A stretch of DNA of 62,442 nt, filler included. It is 6 parts of 6 records of this genome, joined end to end, with 100 filler letters (N's around TTAATTAATTAA, not from the genome) between each part and the next. Parts side by side here need not be neighbours in the genome. Positions count along the whole stretch, not along the records: positions 57,327 to 62,442 come from SRR31156797_5468; 5 more parts are not named here. One strand, written 5' to 3'. Numbering within the stretch: the first letter of the stretch is position 1; each line of letters begins with the position of its first letter. The position numbers were made by a program, and so were the translations under genes. Shown here piece by piece: positions 57,329 through 62,442 of this stretch. The notes under the pieces are model-generated. The model was not told the DNA's origin. It was given only the letters and a program-made list of their open reading frames with translations, and made no database searches.

Positions 57329-58918
57329 GGTTATCCCCACATCACCAAAGACGGGGTAAAAGTCGCAAGATTCATGGACATGATTAAGGATCCCCTTGAA
57401 AACATGGGCGCCCAACTGGTCTATGCCGCCTGCAGCAAAACATCAAAAGTCGTTGGAGACGGGACCACCACGGTTGCGGTTCTGACACAGGCGTTTTTTC
57501 GCGAAGGGTGTAAATTGGCGGCCACGGGCGCCAACCCGGTCTTCATGAAACGGGGTATCGACAAGGCCGTAAAAAAAATCGTATCGGAACTCCAAAAAAT
57601 TTCTCAACCCGTTAAAAGTAAAGAGGAAATCTCCCGCATTGCCGCTATTTCCGCCAACAACGATACGGAGATCGGTGAAATTGTCGCGGACGCCATCGAA
57701 AAAGCCGGCGAATACGGAAAAGTCATTGCCGAAGACGGCCAGGGCATTCACACCTTCGTTGAAGTCCTGCAGGGGATGCATTACGATCGGGGGTACATTT
57801 CTTCCTATTTTGCCACCGACCAGAAAACCATGCGTACCACCCTGGAGAATCCCTATATCCTGATCTACGATGACAAAATCAGCTCCGTAAAAGACCTGTT
57901 AACCCTTCTGAAGCAGATCCTAAAGGCCGACGGCCCGTTGATGATCATCGCCGATGACGTGACCGGAGAAGCGCTCTCCACCCTGATCCAGAACAAGCAC
58001 AACGGCAACCTGAAGGTGGTGGTCACAAAACCGCCGGGATTCGGCGACAGAAGAAGGCTCAACCTGGAAGATATCGCGGCTGTGACCGGGGGCCGGGTCA
58101 TCTCCAAAGAGGTCGGTCTGGATGTTAAAGACGTGACCCTCGATCACCTGGGTCGGTGCAAGCGTGTCATTGTGGACAAGGACAATACGTTTATCGTGGG
58201 CGGCGGGGGGAGCAAGGAGGTCATCGAAAAGCGCATTCGCGAAGTCAAGGCCCAGGTTGAACTTTCCTCCTGGGATTATGACCGGGAGCAGACGGAGAAA
58301 CGACTGGCGAGAATCGCCGGCAGCATAGCCGTGATCCACGTGGGAGCCCAGACTGAAACGGCCCAAAAGGAAAAGAAAGCCCGGGTGGACAATGCCCTCA
58401 ACGCTACAACCGCGGCCCGTGAAGAAGGGATTGTTCCCGGAGGCGGTACGGCGCTCATCCGTTCGGCAAGGGTCCTGGATGATTTTGGTCTTGAAGGGGA
58501 TGAAAACTTCGGCGTCGTGGCCACAAAAAAAGCCCTTCTGGAACCCGCGCGGCTGATCGCCGACAACGCCGGTTTTGATGGCAACGCAATTGTCTGGAAA
58601 ATCAAGAATGCTCAAAACGGTATGGGCTTTAACGCCTTGACCGGTGAATTCGGGGATCTTCTGGATCAGGGCGTCATGGATCCTGCCATGGTGACGCGCC
58701 ATGCACTCCAGAATGCGGCATCAATCGCCTCCACGCTCCTGACCACGGAAGTCGCCGTGGTGGATAAGGTCAAGATTCCACCGCCCACCCTTTCAAACCC
58801 CCATGACGCCATACCGGAGATTAAAAAACACATGGACCAGATCAAGCAGATGGGCGGCCCCGAAACGGTGGAACAGCAATTGGAGGAAGAAAAGGACTCA
58901 GGGATGATGGAGATGTGA
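57329..58918 (+). CDS. groL: divergent GroEL/Cpn60 paralogue (5' truncated)
   Basis: Frame is open from the contig edge: ITKDGV, GDGTTT, PGFGDRR, GIVPGGG, DPAMVTR.ALQNAASIA; no GGM-repeat tail. Confidence 0.9.
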   Translation, partial: GYPHITKDGVKVARFMDMIKDPLENMGAQLVYAACSKTSKVVGDGTTTVAVLTQAFFREGCKLAATGANPVFMKRGIDKAVKKIVSELQKISQPVKSKEEISRIAAISANNDTEIGEIVADAIEKAGEYGKVIAEDGQGIHTFVEVLQGMHYDRGYISSYFATDQKTMRTTLENPYILIYDDKISSVKDLLTLLKQILKADGPLMIIADDVTGEALSTLIQNKHNGNLKVVVTKPPGFGDRRRLNLEDIAAVTGGRVISKEVGLDVKDVTLDHLGRCKRVIVDKDNTFIVGGGGSKEVIEKRIREVKAQVELSSWDYDREQTEKRLARIAGSIAVIHVGAQTETAQKEKKARVDNALNATTAAREEGIVPGGGTALIRSARVLDDFGLEGDENFGVVATKKALLEPARLIADNAGFDGNAIVWKIKNAQNGMGFNALTGEFGDLLDQGVMDPAMVTRHALQNAASIASTLLTTEVAVVDKVKIPPPTLSNPHDAIPEIKKHMDQIKQMGGPETVEQQLEEEKDSGMMEM

Positions 58919-59014
58919 CATTACGCGTTGTCAGCGGTCAACCACCTGCACCCGGCATCAAATGTTCCGGGACAGCCGGTCTAAACGGGACAAATCGGCC
59001 GTTTGCGCATGGAA

Positions 59015-59206
59015 CTAACGAACCCGTGAAATACCGAACAACTTATCCATCAGGAATTGCTGTTGCTCTTCTCTCGTTTTGTCCAGAAAATCCCGAAGCA
59101 GGATTTGGATGATTTGCGACCTTGTAAGCTGCCCCCTTGTGAGGTCTTCCAGCCGATCAATCTCCACTTGTGTTAATCTAACCGAAATTGTATGATTTTT
59201 ATTCAT
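59015..59206 (-). CDS. small ribbon-helix-helix (CopG-like) DNA-binding protein
   Basis: TISVRLT beta-strand, a helix, then TRSQIIQILL helix. Confidence 0.6.
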   Translation of the reverse strand: MNKNHTISVRLTQVEIDRLEDLTRGQLTRSQIIQILLRDFLDKTREEQQQFLMDKLFGISRVR

Positions 59207-59345
59207 TTTTATTCATTTTTCTTCCATTTCCAATAGGTACCGACCACTTATAATACAATATTTTTTCCTTGACAAGGATAAAGAATAAATGCATGAATTG
59301 TAATAAATGTAATCCAGGTGTCCATATCAAAAATGCGAGCGAATA

Positions 59346-60164
59346 ATGAAAACGAAAAAGAGCGGCATTGCCATTGAGAACTACCATATTACCGAGGAAC
59401 CTTTCTACCTGCCCGTCAAGGATGAAATTGCATCTTTCGAAGCGGCTTATCGGTTGCGGCTTCCCGTAATGCTGAAAGGACCCACGGGCTGCGGTAAGAC
59501 ACGCTTTATTGAATATATGGCGTGGAAAATCGGCCGTCCCATTGTGACCATCGCCTGTCACGAAGATCTCACTGCCTCGGATCTGGTGGGTCGTTACCTT
59601 CTGGCGGGAGAAGAAACCGTTTGGTCCGACGGCCCGTTGAGCCTGGCCGTCAAACACGGTGCCATCTGCTATCTGGATGAAGTGGTTGAAGCCCGGAAAG
59701 ATACCACCGTGGTCATTCATCCCCTGACCGACGACCGGAGGGTCCTGCTCCAGGAAAAAAGGGGACTCCTCCTGGAATCCCATCCCGATTTTTCCCTGGC
59801 CATCTCCTACAATCCCGGCTACCAGAGCGTCATGAAAGACCTGAAGCATTCCACCCGCCAGCGCTTTGTTGCGTTGGAGTTTAATTATCCCTCCCCGGAA
59901 ACGGAACGGACCATTATCATGAAAGAAGGGGACGTGGATGAAAAGACCGCTGAAAAGCTGGTCCGTCTGGGAGAAATGGTTCGGAACCTTCGGCAACACG
60001 GACTTGAAGAAGGGATCAGCACACGCCTGTTGGTTTATGCGGCCAAATTGATTTCAATGGGTCTGCCCCCCGACACCGCCTGTGAAGCGGCGGTCACCCG
60101 GGCCATGTCGGATGACCCCGAGATGCAGGATGCCATAAAAGAAATCGTTGAAGGGGTATTTTAG
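59346..60164 (+). CDS. CbbQ/NirQ/NorQ-type MoxR AAA+ ATPase
   Basis: [46 protein letters not shown]. Confidence 0.93.
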   Translation: MKTKKSGIAIENYHITEEPFYLPVKDEIASFEAAYRLRLPVMLKGPTGCGKTRFIEYMAWKIGRPIVTIACHEDLTASDLVGRYLLAGEETVWSDGPLSLAVKHGAICYLDEVVEARKDTTVVIHPLTDDRRVLLQEKRGLLLESHPDFSLAISYNPGYQSVMKDLKHSTRQRFVALEFNYPSPETERTIIMKEGDVDEKTAEKLVRLGEMVRNLRQHGLEEGISTRLLVYAAKLISMGLPPDTACEAAVTRAMSDDPEMQDAIKEIVEGVF

Positions 60165-60172
60165 GGTCAATA

Positions 60173-62442
60173 ATGGAATTACCCGCCCGTTTCAAAAATA
60201 TCATCAAAGACATCAAAGACCGAAAAACCGCTCTGGAAATCTTCATGGAGGATAATCCCGGCCTGGTGGCGGGATTGGCCCCTTCAACCATGGAGGCCTA
60301 CAAAAAGATCTGTGCCTCCGTGTCGCACTGGCGCTCAAAAAAGGCCCGGTCTTTTTTTCTGGCCCGGTTTCATGACCTTTCAGCACTTGATGACCATCCT
60401 TCAAGGGATTTGATTCTCGAGGGCGCCGTCTCACTGAGCGTTGCCCACTGGGCCCTGGTGCAGCACTATTTCACCGCAATGAAGGCCTTTCCTCCCGATG
60501 ACCCATTAAGGACCCGATGGATCCGATTAACCCAAAGGCTCTATACCCTGAATGTGGACGTGGCCATTATATTTACAAAGCAGACGCCTGAAGCGCTCAA
60601 GGCCTTTGGCCCCGAAAATATATTGTTATGGGGAGAGCAGGCGGCCGTGGCCATTCAATCGGGAAAAGAAATGATGAAGGCGACCCGGACCTATCTGGAA
60701 GAATCGGTGGTTTTTCAAAATGAAGGGTCGGTGCCGTTATCCCGATGGCCCTTTTTTCTGGAGCAGGCCGCACGCATTTCGAAGTTTTCTCCCGAGGGGG
60801 CCGAGGTTTTTATTCGTCAAGGCGTCCGGATGTGTCTGATTCTCGGCAAAAAGGATACCCGCACATGGGTTGAAAAAGGCCTTGAAGGGTGCAGTCTGGA
60901 ACCGTATGTGGAAAACCGCAATTTCAGGAGAAAAGTAACACCGGACCAGATGGTTTGCAGCGGAGAGGAAGAGCTGATCAACTATTTCAGCGGCATCTCC
61001 GCCAGAGCACTGGTTAAAAGGGACGACCTTGTGGGGGGGGTTCTGCTGAAAGATCGGATCAACACCCTGGCCCTCATCTGCGAGGCGCTCCTTGGGAAAC
61101 GGATGAAGATCGCCTCAAACCAAAGCCTGTTGGCGGTCAAAGGGTTTACCGGCACTGCCGCCACGGACGGACGGACCATATATCTTCCGGATACCGCCCC
61201 GAGCTTCAAACTCTACAAGCTCATGGCATTGCACCAGACCATGGTTCCCACCCATGAAATCCTTGCCGAAACCGAAGACCGGAAAAACCGCCTTTCCTGC
61301 CAACGTCACCTTGAAGCCGATCAGAAGATACTCGAAAAAATGCCCGGTCTTCTTCAGGAAATGGCTGAGGTTTGCGACAACGAACTGCCGGAGAATTATC
61401 CCCGGCCGGATCCGGAGGTCGTCACCCCTCCCATGCCCTGGTGGGGGGATATTCTGACGGATCTCATCAGGGAAACCGAGGACGTCATTTCAAAGCTCAA
61501 GGAAAAAGGGGCTTTCCAGGTGGACCTGAAACCGGAAGTGCTGGACGGGCTGCTCTCCGCCATGATGGCGGAAGGGAACAGGAAAGAGGACGACCTTTAC
61601 AAACTGATGCGGGAGATGTTTGATCAGATCGATTTTGCATCCCCCGATGCCGAAGAGTTGGAAGAAAGCGTCAAAACCTTCTTTTACAGGGAGTGGGACC
61701 AGAACATCGCCGATTACAAACAGGACTGGTGCCTCATACGACAACGTTTCGCCAAGGATGAACCCAATGATTTCGTAGAAGACATTCGCACCCGCCTCCA
61801 CGGGATTATCGGACTGATCCGCCGTCAGTTCACGCGGCTCAAGCCGGAGCGGTTTCAAAAATTCCGGGCCCAGCCGTACGGCGACGCCCTCGATATCGAC
61901 GCGCTTGTCCAGGCCCTTGTGGACAAGCGGTCCGGCGCCTTTTTGTCCGACAATGTCTACACCCGGCGGGACAAGCGGATCAGGGACGTGGGGGTCCTTT
62001 TTTTGCTGGACATGAGCCAGTCCACCGAGGACAGGATCAACGGCAGACGGGTCATTGACATCCAGAAGGAAGCCATGGTCCTCATGGCCGAGGCCCTGGA
62101 CGCTCTGGACGACCCCTATGCCATCTACGGTTTCAGCTCGGAAGGGCGTTTCCGGGTGGACCTGTTCAATGTGAAGGATTTCGGGGAACCGTACGACACC
62201 ACCGTGCAGTATCGCCTCGGGAATCTGGAACCGATGGAATTAACCCGCATGGGTGCCGTCATCCGTCACGCCACCCATAAGCTCGACAGGTTACAGACCG
62301 CCGTCAAGCTCATGGTGATTTTGACCGACGGCAGGCCCTACGATTTTGAATACGGGAACCTGAACTATGCCATCGCGGATACCAAAAAAGCCATTCAGGA
62401 AGCCCGGCAAAAACGGATACACCCCTTCATCATCACCAGCGA
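60173..62442 (+). CDS. CbbO/NorD-type VWA adaptor protein (runs off window; absent from ORF track)
   Basis: ATG 8 nt after the AAA+ stop; in-frame YREWD, MIDAS LLDMSQST (Asp at 62009), TRMG.VIRHA and LTDGRPYD. Confidence 0.88.
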   Translation, partial: MELPARFKNIIKDIKDRKTALEIFMEDNPGLVAGLAPSTMEAYKKICASVSHWRSKKARSFFLARFHDLSALDDHPSRDLILEGAVSLSVAHWALVQHYFTAMKAFPPDDPLRTRWIRLTQRLYTLNVDVAIIFTKQTPEALKAFGPENILLWGEQAAVAIQSGKEMMKATRTYLEESVVFQNEGSVPLSRWPFFLEQAARISKFSPEGAEVFIRQGVRMCLILGKKDTRTWVEKGLEGCSLEPYVENRNFRRKVTPDQMVCSGEEELINYFSGISARALVKRDDLVGGVLLKDRINTLALICEALLGKRMKIASNQSLLAVKGFTGTAATDGRTIYLPDTAPSFKLYKLMALHQTMVPTHEILAETEDRKNRLSCQRHLEADQKILEKMPGLLQEMAEVCDNELPENYPRPDPEVVTPPMPWWGDILTDLIRETEDVISKLKEKGAFQVDLKPEVLDGLLSAMMAEGNRKEDDLYKLMREMFDQIDFASPDAEELEESVKTFFYREWDQNIADYKQDWCLIRQRFAKDEPNDFVEDIRTRLHGIIGLIRRQFTRLKPERFQKFRAQPYGDALDIDALVQALVDKRSGAFLSDNVYTRRDKRIRDVGVLFLLDMSQSTEDRINGRRVIDIQKEAMVLMAEALDALDDPYAIYGFSSEGRFRVDLFNVKDFGEPYDTTVQYRLGNLEPMELTRMGAVIRHATHKLDRLQTAVKLMVILTDGRPYDFEYGNLNYAIADTKKAIQEARQKRIHPFIITS

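Noticed and set aside
59346-62442. Evidence for a Calvin cycle or denitrification
   Set aside because: No Rubisco or norCB gene in the window; this AAA+/VWA family serves several different clients.

Overview
The window is not one locus. It holds six unrelated contigs joined by 100-nt N spacers that carry a TTAATTAATTAA linker, so nothing should be inferred across the spacers. Taxonomy below is a by-eye impression only. (1) 1-12740, Desulfobacterota-like: accessory metabolic genes, a class III cyclase with non-canonical specificity residues, several gene fragments and the 3' end of guaA. (2) 12841-26488, Bacteroidota-like: a cassette-like Fic gene, a TPR hybrid kinase, and an XRE/cupin regulator followed by a KamA-family radical-SAM aminomutase, PcaIJ-type CoA-transferase, a beta-type class III aminotransferase and a PcaF-type thiolase. 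This is the top candidate for an undescribed pathway: alpha-amino acid -> beta-amino acid -> 3-oxo acid -> thiolysis, most simply 2-aminoadipate -> 3-aminoadipate -> 3-oxoadipate. (3) 26589-33418, Desulfovibrionaceae-like: rpmH-rnpA-yidD-yidC-jag-mnmE, with an apparent ATT start for rnpA. (4) 33519-43310, Desulfobacterota-like: Liv-type ABC operons, RidA and a stand-alone squalene-hopene cyclase. (5) 43411-57226, Alphaproteobacteria: cckA and flagellar export/rod genes with CtrA boxes, a LacI gene with three perfect operators facing a small DUF1127-like gene, speDE, bolA, a J-domain gene and cobS. (6) 57327-62442: a divergent GroEL with Asn at the catalytic Asp398 position, a small RHH-like protein and a CbbQ/NorQ plus VWA chaperone pair with no visible client. 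All family calls come from motif recognition; no searches were run.
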